The notes beneath the pieces are model-generated. The model was not told the DNA's origin and searched no databases. It saw nothing but the letters and a program-made list of their open reading frames with translations. DNA of 64,000 nt from NCBI GenBank assembly GCA_963723995.1, contig CAVRSZ010000007.1, positions 557,580 to 621,579 on the forward strand, in the 5' to 3' direction. This document shows, one piece after another, positions 26,166 to 35,861 of the stretch. The DNA comes from an uncultured Acidimicrobiales bacterium (GTDB lineage Bacteria > Actinomycetota > Acidimicrobiia > Acidimicrobiales > SZUA-35). The translations under genes were made by a program, and so were the position numbers. Every line of letters begins with the position of its first letter. Position 1 is the first letter of the stretch.

Positions 26166-29102
26166 ATGAACATCTCCTATTCCAGCGGAAGACAGCCGGT
26201 TCAATCGTCACGGGGCTGGCAATGGCGGGCCGGCCTCGCCTTCATGGCCGCAGCATTGGTGGCATCAGCCGCCTTGACCGCCGGTCCGGCGAGCGCGACC
26301 GACCTCGACTCGATCGAGGCGTCCTTCCGCTCCCAGCAGGATGCGCTGGCCGAGCGACAGCTCCTGGAGCTGGCCCGGCTCGACAGCTACTGGGACCAGA
26401 AGATCTCGGAGCGTGAGGCTGAGGCGGCGGCCGAGCAGGCCGACCTCCAGCGCAGGCTCGACGCCGCCGTTGCCCCGGTGCTGGCCCAGCGCGACGACCG
26501 GCTGGCCGATGTGGAGGCCCGCCGACAGTCTGCGCTCGAGCTCGTCGATGAGGTGTACAGGACAAAGCGGGCCGAGAAGGAAGCATGGGTGGCTGAGCAC
26601 TCGTCGGATCTGGCGGCAGACGCCAAGCCGTTGTCGGACGACGCGGCGAAGATCGTCGAGGCCGAGATGAAGGAGGCCCGCAAGGCCGAAGAGGAGCCGA
26701 TCAAGGTGGCGGAGAAGGACACCATCGATCCACTGAAGGAGCAGTACAAGGCGGTCAAGGATCACGCGGAGACCGACCGGAAGGCGCTCGAGGCTGATCA
26801 GAAGACGTCTGCGGCGGAGCTGGCCGAATCCTACGAGCGGCTTGTCGCCGCCACAGAGACCGAGTCGGAGGATCGGCTCGCCGATCTTGAAGACGAGGCC
26901 GACAAGCTCGAGTTCGACTACAAATCAACCAAGGATGAACTGACCACCCGGTCCAAGGTCGAAATCGACGAGGCCAAGGACGCGGGCGAGGACACCGGAG
27001 CGATGAGCGAAGCCTGGAAGGCCCGCCTGACCGAGCTGAAGGCGCTCTACGAGGAGCAGTCGAACGACTTGGAGGAGCAGTTCGACACGACGAAGACGGC
27101 GACGAAGGCCCAACTGAGCGCCCTGAAGGCAGACAACGATGCGCAAGCCAAGTACCAGGACGAGGTCGACGATGCTCGGCTCGACAACTTCGATGCCGAC
27201 ACCGACGAGCTGTTGCTGTCGCTCACCATCGTCATCAAGGAGACCGAGGCGGCGTTCAAGGTCCAGCTGGACGACCTCAAGGCCATCTATGAGGTGAAGG
27301 AAGCCGTTGCCGTCTCGGAAACGGACGCCTTCCGTTCGGCACTCGAAGGCATCGTCGACCTCGTCGACAAACAGCACGCCGATGCCCGCAAGAGCGTCGA
27401 GGACAATGCCAAGAATGAGCACGACATCATCGACGTGCAGACGGAAACCGAGATCGTGCTCGTCGAGGCGCCGTTCCAGCGGCGGCTCAACGACAGCCGG
27501 GTTTCCCTCGAGAGCGACATCGTCAACCTCAAAGCCGATCACGACAACGCCCGCTCGGCTCTGGAACGACGCCACCTACGTGAGGAACTGCTCGCCTCGA
27601 CCGACTACCAGATCCTGCGCACACGGACCAAGAAGTACCTTGACAGCGCTGCTGGGGCCACAGTCCCTCTCGACAACTTCTATGATCCGACAAGCGACAT
27701 CGGCTCCATGTTCAATGTGGCCAAGACCATCGGGGCCGACCACACGGCACTGACCGGCGCCGGGGTCAAGGTCGCCCTGCTCGACACCGGTGTGGCGCCG
27801 GTCAACGGTCTGGCCCAGGCGAATGTGGTTCTCGGTCCCGATTTCTCGTTCGAGGATCTCGACGACGACCTCCGAGGCATCGACACAAACGGCCACGGGA
27901 CCCATCTGGCCGGGATCATCGTCGGGTCCGATGATGCCTGGCTCGCCGGTGACCAAACCCGAACCGAGTCGCGGTCGCTGGGTATCGCACCCGACGCCGA
28001 ACTCGTCGCAGTCAAGGCAGCAACCGCCACCGGCGCCACCGACGTCTCCCAGGTCATCGCCGGGATCAACTGGATCATCCGCTACAACCAGGAGAACCCG
28101 ACGAGTCCGATCAGGGTGCTGAACCTGGCCTACGGCACCAACAGCGAGCAGGACTACTCGATCGACCCCCTGTCGTACGCCGTCGAGCGGGCCTGGAAGG
28201 CCGGAGTCGTGGTCGTTGTCGCCGCCGGCAACGAAGGCTGGGACTCTTCACACCTGACCAACCCGGGCCGAAACCCCTACGTGATCGCCGTCGGCGCTTC
28301 CCAAGCTGCCGGCAACAAGACGGTCGTCGCCGGGTATTCCTCGGAGGGCTCGCCGGATCGCGGTGTCGACCTCGTGGCCCCCGGCCGTTCCATCGTGAGC
28401 CTGCGCAATCCCGGCTCCTTCAGCGACACGGTCAACGGGCAGGGTCGGGTCGGCGACCGCCTGGTCCGGGGTTCGGGCACGAGCCAAGCCACAGCCGTGG
28501 TATCCGGCGCCGTGGCGCTACTGCTCGAAGACCGGCCCTCTCTCACGCCCGACCAGGTCAAGACCCTGCTCATGGCCACCGCCGATCCGATCGCCGACGG
28601 CGACCCGCGGGCCAACGGTGCCGGGGTTCTCGACATCGGAAAGGCGCTCGACACCGACACCATCTACAGCTCACCGCAGGCCTGGACGCCTTCGGACGGC
28701 TCGGGCAGCCTCGAAGCCGCCCGGGGCTCGAGCCACATCCCACTTGACGACGGCACCCTGCTCTTCGGAGACACCGACGTGTTTGGCAACACCTACGCCG
28801 ATGACGGCTGGGCCACCGATGAGTGGACGGGGCGGACCTGGCGGGCCGCCGGCTGGCGTGGACGGACGTGGCGAAGCGACAGCTGGGAGGGACGCAGCTG
28901 GCGGGGCGACAGCTGGTATGGCCGGAGCTGGCGCGACGACGGCTGGGTGGGACGCAGCTGGCGGGCGGAAGACTGGGAGGGACGGACCTGGCGAGCCGAC
29001 CGCTGGGAAGGACGGACCTGGCGCAGCGACGCCTGGGAAGGGCGCAGCTGGCGGGCCGAAGACTGGGAGGGACGGACCTGGCGAGGGTTTGGCTGCTTCT
29101 GA
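26166..29102 (+). CDS. secreted S8 (subtilisin-like) serine peptidase with ~450-aa N-terminal coiled-coil region and C-terminal Trp/Arg decapeptide repeats
   Basis: 978 aa. The signal-like N-terminus is WRAGLAFMAAALVASAALTAGPASA. A long E/K/D/A-rich helical region follows. The catalytic triad blocks are VALLDTGV (Asp), NGHGTHLAGII (His) and GSGTSQATAVVSGAVALL (Ser). The tail is 9-10 x [x-D/E-x-W-x-G-R-S/T-W-R], ending GFGCF. Confidence 0.85.
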   Translation: MNISYSSGRQPVQSSRGWQWRAGLAFMAAALVASAALTAGPASATDLDSIEASFRSQQDALAERQLLELARLDSYWDQKISEREAEAAAEQADLQRRLDAAVAPVLAQRDDRLADVEARRQSALELVDEVYRTKRAEKEAWVAEHSSDLAADAKPLSDDAAKIVEAEMKEARKAEEEPIKVAEKDTIDPLKEQYKAVKDHAETDRKALEADQKTSAAELAESYERLVAATETESEDRLADLEDEADKLEFDYKSTKDELTTRSKVEIDEAKDAGEDTGAMSEAWKARLTELKALYEEQSNDLEEQFDTTKTATKAQLSALKADNDAQAKYQDEVDDARLDNFDADTDELLLSLTIVIKETEAAFKVQLDDLKAIYEVKEAVAVSETDAFRSALEGIVDLVDKQHADARKSVEDNAKNEHDIIDVQTETEIVLVEAPFQRRLNDSRVSLESDIVNLKADHDNARSALERRHLREELLASTDYQILRTRTKKYLDSAAGATVPLDNFYDPTSDIGSMFNVAKTIGADHTALTGAGVKVALLDTGVAPVNGLAQANVVLGPDFSFEDLDDDLRGIDTNGHGTHLAGIIVGSDDAWLAGDQTRTESRSLGIAPDAELVAVKAATATGATDVSQVIAGINWIIRYNQENPTSPIRVLNLAYGTNSEQDYSIDPLSYAVERAWKAGVVVVVAAGNEGWDSSHLTNPGRNPYVIAVGASQAAGNKTVVAGYSSEGSPDRGVDLVAPGRSIVSLRNPGSFSDTVNGQGRVGDRLVRGSGTSQATAVVSGAVALLLEDRPSLTPDQVKTLLMATADPIADGDPRANGAGVLDIGKALDTDTIYSSPQAWTPSDGSGSLEAARGSSHIPLDDGTLLFGDTDVFGNTYADDGWATDEWTGRTWRAAGWRGRTWRSDSWEGRSWRGDSWYGRSWRDDGWVGRSWRAEDWEGRTWRADRWEGRTWRSDAWEGRSWRAEDWEGRTWRGFGCF
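28800..29084 (+). repeat. 30-bp-period coding repeat (W-x-G-R-S/T-W-R decapeptides)
   Basis: DDGWATDEWTGRTWR AAGWRGRTWR SDSWEGRSWR GDSWYGRSWR DDGWVGRSWR AEDWEGRTWR ADRWEGRTWR SDAWEGRSWR AEDWEGRTWR. Confidence 0.9.
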
Positions 29103-29136
29103 GGGCCGTCGCTCCCCGGTGGGTGCCCGGACCTGC

Positions 29137-31677
29137 TCAGGCAGAACCCGGGATTCGGGTCGATGCCCGGACCAACCGGGTGACGAGCCAGTCCGTCAGC
29201 TCGTCGGCGGGAAGCGGCCGAGACAGGTAGTGGCCCTGAACGATGTCGCAACCGAGGTCTTCCAGAATGTCCCAGGTGACCCGATCCTCGACCCCCTCGG
29301 CCACCGAACGCATGCCGAGGGAGTGGGCGAGCTCGATCACCGTCCGGACGATCGATGAGTCTTCGATGCTGTCGGTGGCGAGCGGTTGGACGAACGACTT
29401 GTCCACTTTGAGCTCGTCGGCCGGCAGTTGACGCAGGTAGGAGAGCGAGGAGTAGCCGGTGCCAAAATCGTCTATGGCGATGCGAAAGCCGCGGTCGTGG
29501 AGCCGCCGGAGCGACGAGATGCAATTGTCGAAGTCCGTCATCATCTCGCTCTCGGTGACCTCCAGCGTCACCCGAGAACGGTCGATGGCGGATTCAGAGG
29601 TCCTCGCATCCAAAACATCGAGAATGTCGGCGTCCACGAGAGTCAACGCCGACAGGTTGATGGCGACTCCGAGTCCGAGCCCTGCCTGGTCCCAGGCTCG
29701 GACTTGGTCCAGTGCCTCTTCGATCACGAACCTGGTCAAACCGGGCATCAGGCCGACTCTGGCCGCCAGGGCCACGAACTCCTCGGGAGCGATGAGGCCC
29801 AGCGTGGGGTGCTGCCAACGGACAAGGGCCTCGACTCCTATGATCTGACCTGTGCCGATCGCCGCCTTCGGCTGATAGTCAACCGTCAGGAGGCGGCCGG
29901 CGATCGCTTTCGACAACTCGCCGGCAAGAGCGAGCCGTTGGGTCGAATGCTGATCACGCTCCTCCTGGTAGCGCTCGATGCCGGCGGACCCGGGCTCCTT
30001 GGCGGTGTACATCGCAATATCTGCGCGCTGTAGCAGCAGCGATGCGTGATCGCCATCGGTCGGAAACGATGCGATACCGATGGCGGCGCTGATGGCCAGG
30101 GAGATCCCTCCGAGTTCTATGGGCCGTCTGAGCCGTTCGCGAAACCGAGCGGCGACATCGACGGCTTCTTCGATGTCCGACACCGAGGGCAACAGCACGG
30201 CGAACTCGTCGCCGCCCAGTCGAGCGAGCTGGGCCGACACCGGCGCCACCGCCGAGAGCCGACCGGCAACCTCCTCCAGAAGCAGATCGCCGGTGCGATG
30301 ACCGAGTGTGTCGTTGACCTCCTTGAACCGGTTCAGATCCAGGAGGAGAACACAGACCTTGTCGGCGTTCCTCGCTGCCCTCTCGACGGCGCGGTCGGTC
30401 CACTCGACCAGAGCCTGCCGGTTCCCGAGACCGGTGAGCTGGTCGTGGGTGGCGTTGTACTCGTTCTCCGCTACCTCGATTCGGAGTCGATCGGCCAGCG
30501 TGCTCCTCTCTATCGACATCGCCGTCTGGTTGCTCAGCGCCGCCAGCACCCTGGCATCCTCGTCGTCGTAGGAGCGCACGTCACCAAGCCGGTTCCATAC
30601 GATGAGAGCGCCCCGGATATCTCGACTGTTGGTCAACGGGGCCGCCATCAGGTCCCGGGCATCCCTCTCGGCAAGAAGGGCGGCCTCGCCCTCGTCTCCC
30701 GGCTTGCGACCGATCACCAGGGGCTCCTGGCGGGAGTCGAACGCCTTCAAGATCAACTCTTCATCGATCTCGTCGACCGCCCTCAACTGCAGCACGCCAT
30801 CCTGGTCGACCCGGGCGCAGAACGGTGGGCTCTCACCGGTGGCGTTGACCACGACGAGTTCGGCCCACTCGGAGTGGAGCACGTCCCGGGCGCGATCCAG
30901 ACCGAGCCTCATGGTGCTGGTCAGCTCCGGGGCCTCACTCAAGCTCTTCGTCACCTCGTACAACTGCTGCAGGGTCCGATGGCGCTGTTGGATCGTGAGC
31001 AGTGCGCGGTAGCCGAGGTAGGCGACCACCAATGGGGAGGCAACGAGTAGACCACCGGCGACATGTACCTGCAGCATCGTGGCAGCGACCAGCGCCAGAC
31101 TGGCGACGGCGAGCTCGCCAAGCGAGCCGACGGCTCCCACCTTCATCGTCAGGTTCAAATCGGGACGTTCGGCCTCTTTGAGGCTTATCACCGCCGTCAC
31201 AGCCAGCGTGCCGGCGATGCTGGTACACAGCGCCGACGCCATGGCTGCGAGCCACACACCGACGACGCCGTCGACGAGACCGACGACCCAGTAGTAGGTA
31301 CCGATGGCGAGCGCTATCTCGAACAGAAAATAGCCTGAGTTGAAGATGAGTTTCAGCCTGGACTGTCGCGACAACAATGCCAGCGACGCGATCCCCCCAA
31401 CGAGCCGGGCCGACACCAGGGTGACGGGCGAGGTGAAGAGCAGCCCGATGACGATCGCGAGTTCCACGAACGACAACGAATGGGCGTTGTCACCGAATTC
31501 GACGTGAACGGCAAAATGCTCGGCGGCCACGAACGCCGCGACCATGACGAGCCACGGGACTCGAACGTCCGGCTCCGGTCCGGTGAAGTCCCCAATCACC
31601 AGAAGCAGGATGCCGGCTACCGCAAGACCAAGGCTGAGCGCAGTGACCCTGCGGGCCGTTTGGCGAGCTGATGGCAT
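29137..31677 (-). CDS. membrane-anchored GAF-GGDEF-EAL signalling protein (c-di-GMP turnover)
   Basis: 846 aa with an N-terminal polytopic region. The GGDEF block is LARLGGDEFAVLL and the EAL block is GVEALVRWQHP...ELKVDKSF...VAEGVE. Confidence 0.85.
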   Translation of the reverse strand: MPSARQTARRVTALSLGLAVAGILLLVIGDFTGPEPDVRVPWLVMVAAFVAAEHFAVHVEFGDNAHSLSFVELAIVIGLLFTSPVTLVSARLVGGIASLALLSRQSRLKLIFNSGYFLFEIALAIGTYYWVVGLVDGVVGVWLAAMASALCTSIAGTLAVTAVISLKEAERPDLNLTMKVGAVGSLGELAVASLALVAATMLQVHVAGGLLVASPLVVAYLGYRALLTIQQRHRTLQQLYEVTKSLSEAPELTSTMRLGLDRARDVLHSEWAELVVVNATGESPPFCARVDQDGVLQLRAVDEIDEELILKAFDSRQEPLVIGRKPGDEGEAALLAERDARDLMAAPLTNSRDIRGALIVWNRLGDVRSYDDEDARVLAALSNQTAMSIERSTLADRLRIEVAENEYNATHDQLTGLGNRQALVEWTDRAVERAARNADKVCVLLLDLNRFKEVNDTLGHRTGDLLLEEVAGRLSAVAPVSAQLARLGGDEFAVLLPSVSDIEEAVDVAARFRERLRRPIELGGISLAISAAIGIASFPTDGDHASLLLQRADIAMYTAKEPGSAGIERYQEERDQHSTQRLALAGELSKAIAGRLLTVDYQPKAAIGTGQIIGVEALVRWQHPTLGLIAPEEFVALAARVGLMPGLTRFVIEEALDQVRAWDQAGLGLGVAINLSALTLVDADILDVLDARTSESAIDRSRVTLEVTESEMMTDFDNCISSLRRLHDRGFRIAIDDFGTGYSSLSYLRQLPADELKVDKSFVQPLATDSIEDSSIVRTVIELAHSLGMRSVAEGVEDRVTWDILEDLGCDIVQGHYLSRPLPADELTDWLVTRLVRASTRIPGSA

Positions 31678-32507
31678 CTCCGTGTCGCACGCTTCCGGAT
31701 AGGGACGCCCCTTGCGTCCGATCCCGATCCATCGGCGCGAAGCGAACTTCGCTGAGCGGTAGGCGCCGCCGCCAAGGGCGGGGCGATCTCCGTCCCATCC
31801 AGAATTGGGCCATCGGGGCCATTCGGAGTGGCCGGCTCGGTGCCGTTCTGTCCAAGGATCAGTCGCCCCTCGATCGGGCCATCTCCACCTGCATCAGTCG
31901 TCGTGCTCCCGGTCAGGGCTCGATCGTCGAGCTGGCCGACGGCGGCCTCGACGAAGAACGTACCGTGGATGACCGGAAGAGCGCCTGCCTCGATGACCGC
32001 CTCTCCCTCGAAGCCGAACCGGTTGCCGACGTCGTTCGCCCGGAAGCGGTTGAAGTCGTCCTGCCATGGATGGACGTCGGTGACCAATTCGCGCCCCACC
32101 GCCCAGAACTCGGCGACGTTGTAGAGGCTGGTGTCCTGGCCCTTGAGCACATACGAATCCCTTGCGAAGTCCTGGACCATACCGTCGATCACCTCGATCG
32201 TGCCGGTGTCGTGGAGGGCGGTGTACTCGGCGAAGTACTCCCAGTCGGTGTCGCCGATGAACGTCGGTGGGACGGTGGAGAACACGACAATGTCGTAGAT
32301 CCGGTGGGGGTTGATCTCCCAGGTGCGGGTCCACACCACGTCGGCGTTCGCAGCGTTTGAACCAGGCTGGTACCCGGCGTTCAGGACCAGCTCCATAGCA
32401 CCGGTGAGCACTTGTTGCCGGGAGCGTTCGTGGGCATAGGCGGGCACCGCCAGCCCCAGCATCACCAGTCCGAACACCGCCATAAGCCCGAAGAGTCGCT
32501 TGAGCAT
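31617..32507 (-). CDS. secreted protein of unknown function
   Basis: 296 aa. The signal peptide is MLKRLFGLMAVFGLVMLGLAVPAYA. The 3-prime end overlaps the annotated start of the GGDEF-EAL gene, so one of the two boundaries is probably shorter. Confidence 0.5.
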   Translation of the reverse strand: MLKRLFGLMAVFGLVMLGLAVPAYAHERSRQQVLTGAMELVLNAGYQPGSNAANADVVWTRTWEINPHRIYDIVVFSTVPPTFIGDTDWEYFAEYTALHDTGTIEVIDGMVQDFARDSYVLKGQDTSLYNVAEFWAVGRELVTDVHPWQDDFNRFRANDVGNRFGFEGEAVIEAGALPVIHGTFFVEAAVGQLDDRALTGSTTTDAGGDGPIEGRLILGQNGTEPATPNGPDGPILDGTEIAPPLAAAPTAQRSSLRADGSGSDARGVPIRKRATRRCHQLAKRPAGSLRSALVLR

Positions 32508-32611
32508 GACTGTCCTCGTTCATCTGGTCGGACCCGGCCCCGTCGCCGAACTGAGTTCCATCGTCCGCGCCGGGGTCCCGCCCTGGTAGCGGCGATGGTC
32601 CCGACCCGTCG

Positions 32612-32803
32612 ATAGTCCGTCCGTCCGATGGTTTCCAGCCACCGGACGCCCTCCACGGTGAACGTGCCGGTGAAGGTGTTCGGCCCGGTCACGCCGCCCG
32701 TGTACCCGAGCACGTTGCCGACGTCGTCGACACCGAATCGGTGGTAGTCGTTCTGCGACCGGTGAGACCCATCAGCCCGGTCGCACGAATCGCCGAGAAG
32801 GTG
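32612..32803 (-). pseudogene. fragment paralogous to the secreted protein at 31617-32507
   Basis: HLLGDSCDRADGSHRSQNDYHRFGVDDVGNVLGYTGGVTGPNTFTGTFTVEG aligns by eye with FWAVGRELVTDVHPWQDDFNRFRANDVGNRFGFEGEAVIEAGALPVIHGTFFVEA. No N-terminus or signal peptide is present. Confidence 0.45.
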
Positions 32804-32999
32804 GGCATCGAGCCGGAGGTGCCGACTGGGCCCGGCAACCGAGAGCGGCCGACCGGGATTCCCGAGCAGTGATATCGAACGCCAGCGTGAGGCTGTTCGT
32901 AGGGTCGGGCGCTGCGTGCCGCGGGTCGAGAGCAAGCTGTGGTGAGAGGGCTGCGTCGACGGCATGCGGCGAGACGAGCACGTGGCTTACGCTGACTGG

Positions 33000-35737
33000 A
33001 TGCCGGTGGTGACAACCAAGCTGAACCTGCCATCGCTGCGTCGGCGACTGGTGTCGCGTGCCCGTCTGACCGAGGAGCTGGAGGCAAACCTCGGTGACGG
33101 CGTGCGAATGGTCTTGGTCGCGGCGCCGGCCGGTTTCGGCAAGACGACTCTTCTGACCCAGTGGCTCTCCGTGCTCGATCCATCGGACCGCAAGGTGGCC
33201 TGGTTCGCTCTGGACGCCGCCGACAACGAACTGGCCAGGTTTCTTACCCACCTCGTAGCGGCGGTCCAGAAGGCTGATTCCGCCATCGGCCTCGAGGCGC
33301 TCGCCTTGCTCGAGTCCGGCGGAACGGCCGGCTCGGATGCAGTGTTGAGCAGCCTGGTCAATGATCTCGACGTCCTTGCCGGTCCGATGGTGGTGGCGCT
33401 CGATGACTACCACGTCATCGACCAGGCCGACGTTCATGCAGCCGTTCAGTTCCTGCTCGAGAATCTGCCTGGGCAGGTGATGCTGGCCGTCGCGACACGG
33501 GCCGACCCACCGCTGCCGTTGTCGCGTCTGCGGGCTCGTGGCGAACTTGTCGAGGTGCGTGCCAATGAACTTCGGTTCACCACCCAGGAGGCTGAGGAGT
33601 TCCTCAATGATGTGATGGGTCTGGAGCTGGATCCAACGCTGACCGCTGCACTCGAGAGGCGTACCGAGGGGTGGGCGGCAGGACTGCAGCTGGCTGCCCT
33701 TTCGGCCCGCTCCCGGGTTGACGCCGATGACTCTGGTGGCGTCGCCGGGTTCGTAGAGGCGTTCTCGGGGAGCCATCGGTTCGTTCTCGACTACCTGGTG
33801 GAGGAGGTGCTTGACCAGCAGTCGGACGACGTGCGGTCGTTCCTGCTGGATACCTCGGTGCTGGAGCAACTGACCGGCGGGCTTTGCGATGCCATCACTG
33901 GTCGTGGCGATGGTCAGTCGATGCTCGAGGCCCTTGAGCGCGACAACCTGTTCGTCGTCGCTCTCGATGGGGATCGTCAGTGGTACCGCTACCACCATCT
34001 CTTCGCAGAAGCTCTGCGTTCCCGGCTTGTAGCCCGAGACGCCGAGCGGGTCGGCGAGTTGCATGCTCTCGCCAGCCGGTGGTTCGCCGAGGGCGGCTTG
34101 CTCACCGACGCTGCGAGCCATGCCATGGCAGGCGGCAATCAGGAGCAGGCCGCTGACATGGTCGAACTGGCGGTCGCCGACTCGCGCCGGAGGCGTCAGA
34201 TCCGCCAGCTGCGCGATTTGCTGGTTGCCTTGCCGGACCACCTCGTGCAGGCTCGGCCGCTTCTCAGCACGTACAGGGGGTGGAGCTGTCTTGTCGACGG
34301 TGACGTCGAGGGCGTAGAGGTATGGCTTGCCGCGGCCGAGGCCGGGCTAGGTGAAGCACCCGAACCCGTCGGCGTCACACCAGATTCAACAGGTCCCCTC
34401 GCCGTTGCCTCGAGGGATCGAGAGGCTGAGATCCGCTCGTTGCCGGCGATGATCGACGTCTACCGGGCCTCGGTTGCCCAGGCCCGGGGCGACGTCGGGG
34501 GAACAATCGCGCATGCTCGGCGGGCGCTCGAGCTGGTCGGACCTGAGGATCACTTTCCTCGCGGTGCCGCTGCCGGGTTCCTCGGCATGTCTGCCTGGGC
34601 CGCTGGTGATCTCGGCGCTGCGGTCGAGACCTTCAGCGAGGCGGTCGCCGGCCTGCGCGCCGCGGGCATGGTTGCCGATGAGCTCGGGGCCACCGTCGTG
34701 CTGGCGAACATGTGGCTTGCTGGCGGACGTCCCGACACGGCGCGCCAACTCTACGAGAGAGCCTTGGCGGCCGCCGAGAACCATCCTGGTGGCGTGCTTC
34801 CGACGACTGGTGACCTCCATGTCGGCCTCGCCGACGTCCTCCGAGAGCAGAACGACCTCGAGGGCGCTGCGCATCACCTCCGAGTCGCCAGTGATCTTGG
34901 GGACGCGGCGTCGCTGATCGAGAACCGGCACCGCTGGTTCATCACCGCAGCCGCGCTTCGGCTCGCGCAAGGCGATCTCGACGGCGCTCTCGCAATGCTC
35001 GATTCCGCTGAGCTGCTCTTCCTTCGGGGCTTCTATCCAGACGTGCGACCGATCGCCGCAATGAGAGCGAGAATCCAGAGACTTCAAGGCCGCCTCGACG
35101 AGTCGAGGGAATGGATGCGCGATCGACGGCTCTCGGCAACGGATCCGTTGACCTACCTGGCCGAGTACGACCAGCTCACCGTGGCCCGGCTGCTCATCAC
35201 CGAGGGCGAGACCGACGAGGCACTGGCCCTGCTCGATCGCATCCTCGACGCCGCGACCGACCGTGACCGCGAGGGCAGCCTGATCGAGGGCCGCATGGTG
35301 CGAGCGCTTGCCTATCACGCAGCGGGACACACAAAGTCGGCGGTGGCTGACCTCGCTGACGCGCTCAGTGCCGGAGTACCCGTCGGCTACCGACGGATTT
35401 CTTGGACGAGGGCCCGCCGATGGTCGAGCTCCTTGCCCTCGTCGCCCAGACCGTCCCGGCGCAGGTGGGCCGGCATGTCGAGCAGTTGCTCGCCATCGCC
35501 CAGGTACCTTCGACCCCACCGTCAGTGATCGGCCCCGTCGCCGAAGACGACCTGACGGACCGGGAGCTCGAGGTGCTGCAGAAGCTTGCGACCGAGCTGA
35601 CCGGGCCCGAGATCGCCCGCGAGCTGTACGTGTCGGTGAACACCCTGCGCACCCACACCAAGCACATCTTCACCAAGCTCGGCGTGAAGACACGTCGAGC
35701 CGCAGTAGCCCAAGGTGCCGCTCGCGGCCTGCTGTGA
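33000..35737 (+). pseudogene. MalT/LAL-type large ATP-binding LuxR-family regulator, single frameshift before the HTH domain
   Basis: N-terminus is KLNLPSLRRRLVSRARL...VLVAAPAGFGKTTLL (Walker A), followed by long TPR-like helical repeats. The C-terminal LuxR HTH (LTDRELEVLQKLATELTGPEIARELYVSVNTLRTHTKHIFTKLGV) sits in ORF 35402-35737, in a different frame. Confidence 0.8.
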
Positions 35738-35861
35738 GCCGATCGTATCACCCTCATATCACCCTCGAATCACATCATCTTGTGATGCGGGCTCACCAAG
35801 CCGGTTCGTAGGTTGCGAGTATCGCCGGAACAGGTCCGGCGCTCACGACCAGGAACCCGAA

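Noticed and set aside
32772-34241. 489-aa ORF on the minus strand
   Set aside because: It is antisense to the LAL regulator, whose sense strand carries a Walker A motif and the family-typical N-terminus. The antisense product has no motif and the Arg/Gly/Pro-rich composition typical of GC-rich shadow ORFs.
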